Shown: positions 1 to 12,071 of the stretch, piece after piece
How positions within the stretch are numbered: position 1 is the stretch's first letter
Layout of the letters: each line of letters begins with the position of its first letter
Assembly: GCA_027364875.1 (NCBI GenBank)
Contig: DAHXON010000008.1
Location: 2,014-66,013, forward strand
DNA from: Chloroflexota bacterium
Lineage (GTDB): Bacteria > Chloroflexota > Limnocylindria > Limnocylindrales > CSP1-4
Length of the DNA: 64,000 nucleotides
Direction of reading: 5' to 3'
The notes under the pieces: model-generated
The model's input: the letters and a program-made list of their open reading frames with translations, nothing else
Told to the model about the DNA's origin: nothing
Databases searched by the model: none
Program-made: the position numbers and the translations under genes

Positions 1-297
1 TCGGACGGATCGTCCGGGTGGTACGGCCTCGGCCCGGTGTCGGTCCTGCCGGCGTATCAGAGGCAGGGCATCGGCAAGTCGCTGATCGCCACGGGCCTGT
101 CGATGCTGAAGGACCTTGGCGGCAAGGGCTGCGCCCTCGTCGGCGATCCGGGGTATTACGAGCGGCTCGGATTCGGGCACTACCCGGAGCTGATCCTCGA
201 GGGAGTGCCCCCGGAAGTCTTCCTCGCCATGCCGTTCGCCGACGCGGTTCCGCGCGGGACGGTCACCTTCCACGATGGTTTCTGGGCCACGCACTGA
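1..297 (+). CDS. GNAT N-acetyltransferase (YhbS-like), 5'-truncated by the window edge
   Basis: Frame 1 is open from base 1 (SDGSSGWYGLGPVSVLPAYQRQGIGKSLI...LVGDPGYYERLGF); acetyl-CoA motif A (QxxGxG) and the YhbS-type GDPxYYxRxGF motif are present. Confidence 0.85.
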   Translation, partial: SDGSSGWYGLGPVSVLPAYQRQGIGKSLIATGLSMLKDLGGKGCALVGDPGYYERLGFGHYPELILEGVPPEVFLAMPFADAVPRGTVTFHDGFWATH

Positions 298-345
298 CGA
301 GCCGGCTCGCTCCGACCTCCCCCGCACGCGACGGTCGCCCGGAAA

Positions 346-524
346 TTGAACAACCTCCACCTCACGGAAGTTGTGCGACATCCCGGCGCCACGGCCATAC
401 GTTTTGGGTCGCGGCCGCGCTCGCTCGTGCGTGGGAAGCCGGCCCGAGAACCCTCCAAGGCCGCCAAGCCCGCGATTCGCGGCGCGGTTCCTCGCATAAC
501 CTCCGCCGCAGGGAAGTTGTTCAA
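346..524. repeat. Pair of 33-bp imperfect palindromes (REP/MITE-like doublet)
   Basis: 346-378 TTGAACAACCTCC-N7-GGAAGTTGTGCGA and 492-524 TCGCATAACCTCC-N7-GGAAGTTGTTCAA; outer ends are reverse complements, cores are 20/23 identical; lies between convergent genes. Confidence 0.6.
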
Positions 525-629
525 GAATCGGCCTGGCCGCGCTCTCGGGCGGCCGCTTCGGGCCTGCCTCGAACTCGACTCCAGGGTCGGAAGCAGGCAC
601 GGCGGCACGGACCGGCGAGGACGCGAGAG

Positions 630-1043
630 CTAGCTGCTCAGCGCCGTGATCGCCCGGTCGCAGTCCTCCGGCCGCACGTAGAGCACCACGCCGTAGCCGC
701 CGTTGATGTGCGCGATCCCGTACGATTCCTCGACCGAGATGCCGGCCCGGGCCAGCCTCCCGTAGATGTCCGCCAGGGCTCCCGGCCGCTCGTCGCCGAC
801 GATGAGCACGGCAGGGTGGGGTCCGTCGACCTCCAGGCCTGCCCTCGCGGCCCCGTCCATGAGCCTGGAACCGTCGATAGGGAAGAGGGTGAAACGCGTC
901 CGTGCGGCGCCGGCCGGAACGGCCTTGTAGGCGAGGAAATCGACGCCGGCACCTACGATCGTGCCGAGCATCGCGGAGCCTTCGGCGACGTGCTCCTCGA
1001 CGGTCAGGTTGTAGTAGTCGACTCGCCTGATTTCCAGCGACAT
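630..1043 (-). CDS. ACT-domain protein (tandem ACT-like)
   Basis: MSLEIRRVDYY...; second-half motif GDERPGALADIYGRLARAGISV; purine-rich RBS (AAGGGG) before the ATG at 1043. Confidence 0.75.
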   Translation of the reverse strand: MSLEIRRVDYYNLTVEEHVAEGSAMLGTIVGAGVDFLAYKAVPAGAARTRFTLFPIDGSRLMDGAARAGLEVDGPHPAVLIVGDERPGALADIYGRLARAGISVEESYGIAHINGGYGVVLYVRPEDCDRAITALSS

Positions 1044-1293
1044 TGGCTTCCCCTTCTGGTGATTCGGCACGCACGCATCATGAGCCGACCGGCGGACAGC
1101 CGTGCGAATGGCCGCGCGCCGGTTCAGGCAGCCCGGCCCGCTGCGGTCATCCATCGATATCGAAAAGGTGTTGAGGAGGTCCGCGAGTGGTTCGACGGCG
1201 GCGAGCGCGACGACTACTCCTGCCAGCTCCGAGAGCGGCCTTGTATCGTAGGTGCCGGGGGATGCAAGGCCGCCCGACTCAGCAAAGAGGACC

Positions 1294-1986
1294 ATGACCA
1301 CAATCGTTGTCACCGGCGCAGCTCGAGGGCTGGGCGCCTGCCTCGCGGAGGAATACCTGAAGCAGGGTGCAACCGTCTTCGGGCTCGATCGTGCTGAGCC
1401 GAAATCGGATTTGTCCGCATCCTACGGCGGTCGTTTCTGGGGGCTCCGGTGCGACATCACCGATGAGGATCAGGTGCGACGCGCCGCCGAGGAGGTCGGT
1501 CGCGCCGCCGGTTTCGTCGACCTCCTGATCAACAATGCCGCGATCTACCTCAAGAAGCCGTTCACCGAGGCGAACGAGTTCGACGCGGACATGGCACGCC
1601 GGACGTTCGACGTCAACGCCGTTGGACCGCTCCTCGTTACCAAGCACTTCCTGCCGCTCGTGCTCGCCGGATCGGGCAAGAAGATCATCAACATCTCATC
1701 GGAGGCAGGGAGCATCTCGCAATGCTGGCGATCGCGCGAGTACGCCTACTGCATGTCCAAGGCGGCCCTGAACATGCAGTCGGTGATCCTTCAGCACCGG
1801 GTCAAGGACGACGGCGTGAAGGTGCTGGCCATTCATCCGGGCTGGATGCGAACCGAGATGGGCGGTGCCGATGCGGACCTCGATCCGAGCGAATCGGCGA
1901 GCGGCATCGTCGAGACGATTGCCCGCAACTCCGCCATCGACGGCCCGATGTATCTGGATTACACCGGCAAGGCCTGGGAGTGGTGA
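1294..1986 (+). CDS. Short-chain dehydrogenase/reductase (C-factor/CsgA-like)
   Basis: TGAARGLG, NNAA, YCMSK, IHPGWMRTEMGG motifs; RBS GAGG. Confidence 0.9.
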   Translation: MTTIVVTGAARGLGACLAEEYLKQGATVFGLDRAEPKSDLSASYGGRFWGLRCDITDEDQVRRAAEEVGRAAGFVDLLINNAAIYLKKPFTEANEFDADMARRTFDVNAVGPLLVTKHFLPLVLAGSGKKIINISSEAGSISQCWRSREYAYCMSKAALNMQSVILQHRVKDDGVKVLAIHPGWMRTEMGGADADLDPSESASGIVETIARNSAIDGPMYLDYTGKAWEW

Positions 1987-1987
1987 A

Positions 1988-2632
1988 TTGAGCGAGAAAA
2001 GGATCCTCGTCTTCGGCGGCGAAGAGAACCCGTACCACGACTTCTCGGTCCAGGGCCCGCTGCTGGCGCGACTGGCCGAGGAGGCGGGCTACGAGGCGGA
2101 GATCACGACCGATCCGGGAGCATTCGAGCCCGCGCGGATCGCCCCTTTCGACGTGATCGCGATCCTCGCTTCCGCCGGCAGCCTGGCGCCCGAGCATGAG
2201 GAAGCGCTGCTGAACGCCGTCATCGGAAGCCCCTGGGGCGATACCGGCGCGCCGAAGGGGCTCCTGGGCATCCACGGCGCGACGGTGGTGGGGTCCGCGT
2301 CGGGTGCATACCAGCGAATGCTCGGCGCGCGTTTCCTGGCACACCCGCCGCTCGGGCCCTTATCGGTCACGGTGGACGCGCCCGACCATCCGGTGATGCG
2401 CGGCGTCGGCGACTTCGAGACCTCGGACGAGCTCTACCTGATGGAAACGCTCGCCCCGTTCGACGTACTGCTCGGCGCCGAGTTCGACGGTTTCCGCCGC
2501 CCACTCGCGTGGGTGCGCCCGTACGGCCTCGGCCGGGTCTGCTACTGCGCCCTCGGCCACGGAACGGAGCAGCTCGAGCACGAAAGCGTGCGACGGATCC
2601 TGCGCAACGCGCTCGACTGGCTGGCGCGGTGA
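1988..2632 (+). CDS. ThuA-domain (trehalose utilisation / GATase-like) protein
   Basis: GIHGA, GARFLAHP, DHPVMRGV, DELY, YGLGRVCYCALGH; TTG start 1 nt after the SDR stop. Confidence 0.85.
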   Translation: MSEKRILVFGGEENPYHDFSVQGPLLARLAEEAGYEAEITTDPGAFEPARIAPFDVIAILASAGSLAPEHEEALLNAVIGSPWGDTGAPKGLLGIHGATVVGSASGAYQRMLGARFLAHPPLGPLSVTVDAPDHPVMRGVGDFETSDELYLMETLAPFDVLLGAEFDGFRRPLAWVRPYGLGRVCYCALGHGTEQLEHESVRRILRNALDWLAR

Positions 2633-2763
2633 GACACGGCCGCGTGGGTTCGGTGGCCATTTGACGCCTGGCAATGGGAGCGCCGCGAGATCGGGCAGCG
2701 CCCGGTTGCCATCTCATCAATTGCCGACAGTCGAACGGGAGGCTCTCGTGAGGGAGGGATAGT

Positions 2764-3276
2764 GTGGGCAAGGACGCATTGAAGGAGGGGATCGAGAAAC
2801 AGATTGGCGACGCGTTCGTTTCTTGGTTCAACATCGCGCAAGGAACGTCCTATCGATTCGAGCGTCGCGGAGACGAGCCGCTCGACCTGCTGTACCGGAG
2901 CGAAGCAGGAAGCCTTCCGATCCAGGTAACGGTCGTGTATGAGAACCAGGCCTTCGCCGCCCTGACATGGCACACGATGCGGCCCAAGGCGAAGGCTCGG
3001 CGCTTCGCGTTCACACGGGACCCGGACAACGAGCTCGTTGAGAGCCTGACTCACCGGTTGCGAGCGAAGGCCCGAATGGTCTATCCCGTCGGGTCCATCC
3101 TCGTCGCCTACCTGGCAATGCCGATGACCCAACTCGAATTCGAGGGGCTCCTACCGCGAGTCAGAATCCCGTCTCCGATCACGCTTTCTGCGATCTATGT
3201 CGGCGGGACGACGTCAGCCCCGCACGAATCTGGCGATCTCGGCGATTGGTGGCTGAGGATTGCCGGAGCAGCTTGA
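2764..3276 (+). CDS. Hypothetical protein, possible PD-(D/E)xK-like fold
   Basis: 170-aa ORF with RBS GGAGGG and protein-like composition; EPLD...IQVT pattern. Confidence 0.55.
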   Translation: MGKDALKEGIEKQIGDAFVSWFNIAQGTSYRFERRGDEPLDLLYRSEAGSLPIQVTVVYENQAFAALTWHTMRPKAKARRFAFTRDPDNELVESLTHRLRAKARMVYPVGSILVAYLAMPMTQLEFEGLLPRVRIPSPITLSAIYVGGTTSAPHESGDLGDWWLRIAGAA

Positions 3277-3313
3277 CGTCTCGTTCATTGCTTCCTGCTA
3301 TCCTTCGCGAAGC

Positions 3314-3400
3314 CCTTGAGGCCGGGTCTGTGAGCCCGGTGGAAGTCAAAGATGCGGCTTGCCGGCGCTTTGACTCGCGGTCCTGAGAGGCCGGGGAGGA
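3314..3400 (+). promoter_or_regulatory. PyrR-binding attenuator leader (two binding-loop-like hairpins)
   Basis: 3368-3400 CTTTGA..GGTCCTGAGAGGCC..GAGG resembles the PyrR loop consensus (CUUUAA..AGUCCnGnGAGGCU..AAGG); second copy 3314-3345 GGGTCTGTGAGCCC; extended -10 TGCTATCCT at 3296-3304; lies upstream of carB. Confidence 0.7.
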
Positions 3401-3425
3401 GAACGTTGAGCCCGTGCAAGCTGAA

Positions 3426-3457
3426 CCACCGCGCCCGTGAGGCCGGTGGCTTTTTTG
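3426..3457 (+). terminator. Intrinsic terminator of the carB leader (attenuator)
   Basis: CCACCG...CGGTGG stem followed by CTTTTTTG, ending just before the ATG at 3459. Confidence 0.8.
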
Positions 3458-3458
3458 T

Positions 3459-7292
<3,834 letters not shown>

Positions 7293-7302
7293 CAGCCGCC
7301 GC

Positions 7303-7330
7303 GGGACGAGATCGCCAGCTGCTTCGTCAA
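7303..7330 (+). promoter_or_regulatory. Putative ECF-sigma-type promoter (possible autoregulation)
   Basis: GGGAC-N17-CGTCAA ending 7 nt before the sigma ATG. Confidence 0.35.
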
Positions 7331-7337
7331 TCTGGTC

Positions 7338-7913
7338 ATGATGGAGTTGTTGACCGACGAGAGAGGGGCTCCACAGTTGCTCGAGCGAGTAGGGGCCGGC
7401 CGCGAGGAAAGGGACGACCTCGAGGACACCTTCGAGGCCATCTACCGGCGGCGCTATCGCGACGTGTTCCGATATGCGCTGCTCATGCTGCGCCATGAGG
7501 CGGAGGCCGAAGACGCGACGGCGGAGGCTTTCGACCGCGCGTATTCGGCCTGGCGCTCGGGGCATGGGCCGTCGGGCCAGGCGCTGCCCTGGCTCCTGCT
7601 GATCACCCGACGGATCGTCATCGACAAGATGAGGCGGCGCCGACTGTTTGCCTGGCTGCCGATGGGCGCGCTCCGGCCGGCCGACGAGCCGGCCTCCGCC
7701 GGCGACACGGACCGATCCGATTTCTGGCTCTGGTTCAACTCCTTCGCCCGCGACCTTCCGCCACGCCAGCGCGAGGTGCTGATCCTGCGCTACCAGCGGG
7801 ACCTGGACGACCAATCGATCGGCGAGATCCTGGGGCTCTCGGCTTCGGGGGTTCGCTCGCTGGTGGCGCGGGCCTGCGAGGCGCTGCGCGGCAATCCGGA
7901 GATCTGGCGATGA
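7338..7913 (+). CDS. ECF RNA polymerase sigma-70 factor
   Basis: Region 2 AEDATAEAF...WLLLITRR; region 4 LPPRQREVLILRY...IGEILG. Confidence 0.92.
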   Translation: MMELLTDERGAPQLLERVGAGREERDDLEDTFEAIYRRRYRDVFRYALLMLRHEAEAEDATAEAFDRAYSAWRSGHGPSGQALPWLLLITRRIVIDKMRRRRLFAWLPMGALRPADEPASAGDTDRSDFWLWFNSFARDLPPRQREVLILRYQRDLDDQSIGEILGLSASGVRSLVARACEALRGNPEIWR

Positions 7914-9010
7914 AAGAGAACGACTCGATGCCGCGTGGCGGCGTGCCCGAAGCGACTGACGAGGAAATCCTGCGCGGCATCCGGCGGCGCATGGCCGCGA
8001 TCGAGACGCTCATACCCATGCCTCCCGTATGGACCCGCGACGAGGGTAGGGCTGCGATGTCGCGGACCAGGGTGCGCACCGGCCTGCGCCTTGCTGCGGC
8101 GCCACTGGTTCTCGTTGCCGCGTTGGTCGTAATCGTCATTGGGGCCGGCCTCGGCGCCAGGACCGCGACACTGGGCGCTTCACCATCGCCGCGCTATACG
8201 ACCCTGGTCTACGAATACGTGCTCGATGCGGGGCAGACCGTGACAGCGGCCGATCGCGAAGCCATTGCCACCATCCTGCGATCGAGGATCGAAAGCGCGG
8301 GAGTCGTGGACTCGGTCGTGACGGCCGAGAACGACAGGGTCCAGGTCAAGGTCCCGGCAGATGCGAACGTCCAGAGCATCGAGTCATTGGTCGGCCGGCA
8401 AGGCCTTCTCGAGTTCGTCCTGCTGCCCCCGGCGATCTACGGCACGAGTGACTCGCCGGGCTCGAAAGAGATCCCCGCCAACGGCTCAAAGCTCGACCCG
8501 TCGTTGCCGGCGCAGTTCACCAGTCGGGACCTCGATCGGAGCAAGACGGCAGCCAACCCGGGCGTGACCGGAGGCTGGCAGGTCGACTTCGCCTTCAACG
8601 ACAACAAGGCTGCCGAGTTCGCGACCTGGTCCGGTGAACACATCAACGACTACTTCGCGATCGCGCTGGATGGTGTCGTCCAGTCGGCGCCGTACATCCA
8701 GTCGAAGGTCGAGGGAGGGCACGGGATCATTTCCGGGGCCTTCACTGAGGAAGAGGCCAAATCGCTCGCCGCCCTGCTGAAGGCCGGCAGCCTTCCGTAC
8801 CCTCTCAGGCTCGTCAGCGTGATGGGGCCGGATGCCTCAGCCCCGGTCGAGACGACGCTCACCCCCGCGGACTCGCCCGCTTCCGTGCCCTCGTCGGCTT
8901 GCTCGATCGTGCCGTCGTCCGGCGCACCTACCGGGCTCGCGTCGCCTTGCGGTGAGGAGCCGCTTCGCTCCGGCTCTGTACCCAGCGCCGCGGCCACCAC
9001 GGGCGCGTAG
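7910..9010 (+). CDS. Single-pass membrane protein with SecD/SecDF P1-like extracytoplasmic domain; putative anti-sigma factor
   Basis: ATGA overlap with the sigma gene; one TM helix; ILRSRIESAGV..., GLLEF, AIALDGVVQSAPYIQ..ISGAFTEEEAKSLAALLKAGSLP match SecD P1; no downstream TM bundle. Confidence 0.8.
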   Translation: MKENDSMPRGGVPEATDEEILRGIRRRMAAIETLIPMPPVWTRDEGRAAMSRTRVRTGLRLAAAPLVLVAALVVIVIGAGLGARTATLGASPSPRYTTLVYEYVLDAGQTVTAADREAIATILRSRIESAGVVDSVVTAENDRVQVKVPADANVQSIESLVGRQGLLEFVLLPPAIYGTSDSPGSKEIPANGSKLDPSLPAQFTSRDLDRSKTAANPGVTGGWQVDFAFNDNKAAEFATWSGEHINDYFAIALDGVVQSAPYIQSKVEGGHGIISGAFTEEEAKSLAALLKAGSLPYPLRLVSVMGPDASAPVETTLTPADSPASVPSSACSIVPSSGAPTGLASPCGEEPLRSGSVPSAAATTGA

Positions 9011-9013
9011 CGG

Positions 9014-10324
9014 CTAGGCGCTCTCGATGGCGGTGGGGCCCTCGAGGATGTGCTCCGGCGAGACGACCGGGGTTTCCGTCCGCACGCGATCGTCGCGATG
9101 GAACCAGATCCAGAGGAGGCTGGTCGAGAGCGTGTACAGGCAGATGATCGTGATGAAGTCCACGGTGTAGCCGGCCGTGAATCCCAGTGTCGCCTGCAGC
9201 GTGCTGTAGTACATCGGAGCGATCACCCAGCCGAGAGACCACAGCGTCGTCATTCCGGCGGCAACCGTGGCGCGCTCGTCGTCGCGGACCCGATCCATCG
9301 CGAATGCGTCGAATATCGGGCTGCCGGCGTTCATGAGCGAGTTCCGGACCGTCAGGGCAACCACCACCGTCCACAACACCGGCGAGAAGCCCAGGACTAC
9401 CAGGAACGGGATGCTCATGCCCTGGACGAGCACGATCGATCCGATCCGCCCGAACCTTCGCGCCACGGCCGGTTGGGCCAGGATGGCGATGGCCGTGCCC
9501 AGGCTCGCGATGGCGAAGAAGGCGTTCACTTGCGCGAGATTCAGGTGGAACTTGTTCTCGATGAAGACGTTGAGGAAGGGGATGAGCTGGCCCGCGCCGA
9601 GGGAGGTGAGGAAGCCCGGCAGCAGAAGCTTGAAGAAGAGGCGGCGATCGTGGATCACCAGCCCGAAACGACCGGGCCGTCTGTCCCGCTCCTCGGCCGT
9701 GAGAACCGGCCGGTCGCGCGAGAGCAGGAACATGCTGGCGAGCGCCAGGACCCCGAGGGTCGCCACGCCGAGCAGGAGAAGCAGATACGGCGCCGACCTG
9801 GACGTCAGGCCCAGCTGGCCGGCGATCAGGGTCGCCGCCGCCCCGCCGACGAGCGTGGCCAGGAATCCGGTCGAGAACTGGATCGCCTGCCACATCGAGA
9901 AGTATTCGTTGCGCTGGTCCGGCGAGGTGTGCTCGGCCATGTAGGGGATCGAGACGACGCCGACGATCTGGCCGCCCGCTCCCATGGCCGCGACACCTAC
10001 GAAGAGCAGGCTCAGCTGGCCGGGCAGGAAGGCGAACAGCGCAATGGCGACGAGCGCCACTCCGGCGATCATGACCGAGCGCCGGCCGATCCGATCCGAG
10101 AGGGCGCTGGCGGGCACGGCGACGGCAACCCCTGCCAGCTGCGAGACGGCGAGCAGCCAGCCGAGCGTGGACCCGCCGATCCCGATCGACTCCACGTACA
10201 GGTTGAAGTCGGTCCAGTACAAGCTCATCGACGAGCCGTAGATGACCGTGATCAGCAGGAACAGCCGGGCGTCGCGCGAGAAGCCGGCGACGCTGCGGGC
10301 GTAATGGGCGACCGGGTTTGGCAC
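9014..10324 (-). CDS. MFS transporter
   Basis: About 12 hydrophobic segments; motif A LSDRIGRR. Confidence 0.9.
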   Translation of the reverse strand: MPNPVAHYARSVAGFSRDARLFLLITVIYGSSMSLYWTDFNLYVESIGIGGSTLGWLLAVSQLAGVAVAVPASALSDRIGRRSVMIAGVALVAIALFAFLPGQLSLLFVGVAAMGAGGQIVGVVSIPYMAEHTSPDQRNEYFSMWQAIQFSTGFLATLVGGAAATLIAGQLGLTSRSAPYLLLLLGVATLGVLALASMFLLSRDRPVLTAEERDRRPGRFGLVIHDRRLFFKLLLPGFLTSLGAGQLIPFLNVFIENKFHLNLAQVNAFFAIASLGTAIAILAQPAVARRFGRIGSIVLVQGMSIPFLVVLGFSPVLWTVVVALTVRNSLMNAGSPIFDAFAMDRVRDDERATVAAGMTTLWSLGWVIAPMYYSTLQATLGFTAGYTVDFITIICLYTLSTSLLWIWFHRDDRVRTETPVVSPEHILEGPTAIESA

Positions 10325-10386
10325 TCGGGCTACCTTGCTGGGCTACCTTGCTGAGTGGCGCCGCCCCGTTTCGGAGCGGTCAGATT

Positions 10387-10614
10387 CTAGGGGTGGACTG
10401 CCCTGGCGCTGCGAGCGTCATCTTCGCGCAGAGTCCGCCCGAACACGATCACCAGCGATCCGAGGTGGAAGTGCCTGCCTGAGACGGCGATCTGGACTTC
10501 ACCCGAATCTGCGGTCGACGACCGCGCGCGGCACTTAGCCGCTTCGGCGCGCATCTCGGCGCCCCTTGTCTTTGCTACCGTTAGCCGGTTCTCCGCCGTG
10601 TCAAGCCACCACAT
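10387..10614 (-). CDS. Small hypothetical protein (75 aa)
   Basis: RBS GGGGAG before ATG; own operator upstream; helical N-terminus and C-terminal LGSLVIVFGRTL amphipathic segment. Confidence 0.65.
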   Translation of the reverse strand: MWWLDTAENRLTVAKTRGAEMRAEAAKCRARSSTADSGEVQIAVSGRHFHLGSLVIVFGRTLREDDARSARAVHP

Positions 10615-10660
10615 CCCTAGCTCCCCAGTTCTCCCTGCTGTTAGTCGGTTGCAGACTTTA

Positions 10661-10679
10661 GTTAGCTACTCGTCTAACA
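10661..10679. promoter_or_regulatory. Palindromic operator GTTAG-N8-CTAAC (putative ArsR site)
   Basis: GTTAGCTACTCGTCTAACA; its reverse complement shares TGTTAGACGA....CTAAC with the site at 11839-11858. Confidence 0.65.
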
Positions 10680-10716
10680 AAGCGCCAGACGACTTACTGG
10701 TAGGCGTTCCATCGGG

Positions 10717-11817
10717 TCAGTGCGCCAGGAAGGCGCTGAGCTCCGGACCGGCCTCGGAGACGCGGTCGCGGCGCAGCGAGTAGTAGGTGAGGTTGCCTTC
10801 TTCGGTGACCATGACCAGGCCCGCGCTGCGAAGCTGGGCCAGGTGGTGGCTCACCGTGGGTTTGCTGAGCTCGAGCTCGTTGGCGAGCTCGGTCAGGTAG
10901 CGGTCTTGATCGACGAGCAGCCGGAGGATGCGCAGGCGCGTTTCGTCGCCCAGCGCACGGTAGAGACGTACCGTCGTGGTCGGCGGCACCGACCGGCTCT
11001 CGGGCCCCACGGACGAATCGGCGATGGGGTAACAGATCACCTGAGTGTCGCCGATACGGGTCAGCGAGTTGTAGGGCCGCCCAAAGTAGCTCGCGGCGAG
11101 GACTACTCGCCGCATCTGGCGCTCCGGCGTGAGGCGGATGCCGTTCGTGGCCCGCTCGACGAACCCGATGGGATCGCGTCCGGCTTCCTCCATCGAACGA
11201 GATGCCACGTCTCGCGCGAGCATCTTGACGACGCGGTCCTCGACCTGCTGGAAGGATGGGAGCCAGGCATGCACTACCTGGCGAGCTGCCGGTGCCAGAT
11301 CGCGGACGCCGCCGGTCAGCACGGGCCGTCCTTTGTGGCCTTGAAGCTGGTCCTTGAGCTGCTCCCAGGCGCTCGAGTCACCGATGAGGGCTCGCTTCGT
11401 GACGTCGCCGAAGTCCGGGCTGGCGACCAGCTCCGCGAGGAGGACGTCCAGCAACTCCGAATCGCTCAGCTCATCCACCGCGGCCACGAGGTCCGCCGCC
11501 GTCTCGAGTTGGGGGTTCAGGATTGCGATGCGGCCGAGCTCGGAGAGGAACTCCGCGCACTCGGCCGGGCAGGAGCCCTCGCCAAGCTGCGCGGTGACGT
11601 CGGCGCGCGCCTTCTCGACCCAGGAGCGGTCTTCCGGCAGGAGGTCCGACAGCTCGCCGCAACCCGGGCAGGCGCTGTTGAGGAAATCGAAAATCGGACG
11701 CGAATCCATCTCGACCGTCGGCAGCGGTGCCGCGGTGATGCCGGGGCGCACGAGGCCGCCAGGCCGAACGAGGCCTGATGGTCGAGACTGCCGGCCCGGA
11801 TTCTGGATCGTCACCAC
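10717..11817 (-). CDS. ArsR/SmtB-family regulator with long N-terminal domain (DUF5937-like)
   Basis: C-terminal RALGDETRLRIL...LSKPTVSHHLAQLRSAGLV HTH; GTG start at 11817 or 11814 after GGGAAAGG. Confidence 0.88.
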   Translation of the reverse strand: MVTIQNPGRQSRPSGLVRPGGLVRPGITAAPLPTVEMDSRPIFDFLNSACPGCGELSDLLPEDRSWVEKARADVTAQLGEGSCPAECAEFLSELGRIAILNPQLETAADLVAAVDELSDSELLDVLLAELVASPDFGDVTKRALIGDSSAWEQLKDQLQGHKGRPVLTGGVRDLAPAARQVVHAWLPSFQQVEDRVVKMLARDVASRSMEEAGRDPIGFVERATNGIRLTPERQMRRVVLAASYFGRPYNSLTRIGDTQVICYPIADSSVGPESRSVPPTTTVRLYRALGDETRLRILRLLVDQDRYLTELANELELSKPTVSHHLAQLRSAGLVMVTEEGNLTYYSLRRDRVSEAGPELSAFLAH

Positions 11818-11838
11818 GTCACCTTTCCCTCTTTGCCA

Positions 11839-11877
11839 TGTTAGACGAAACACTAACACGAGTTAGATGAAAGTCAA
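11839..11877 (-). promoter_or_regulatory. Sigma70 promoter overlapped by palindromic operator
   Basis: TTGACT-N16-(TGn)TAGTGT on the minus strand; TGTTAG-N8-CTAACA at 11839-11858 overlaps the -10 and start site. Confidence 0.65.
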
Positions 11878-12071
11878 GAGGTGTTGCGACGCGGGGGCCC
11901 ATCCACCGGCTCCGGCGCGCACCACCTTGCAGGACGAAAGCTCCGAATGGTTGCGGCCCGTACAATGCCGCCAGGGCTTTGCCGAGGGATCAGGCGGCCC
12001 GAGGCGGCGATCTGGCCGGAGGCTGCTGCCGGCGAGCGCCGAGCTGGCGACCACGGAGGAATTGCGCCCGG

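Noticed and set aside
1080-1260. Protein-like stretch (VEEVREWFDGGERDDYSC) between the ACT and SDR genes
   Set aside because: No clear start or stop and no recognisable family; may be a remnant but cannot be supported
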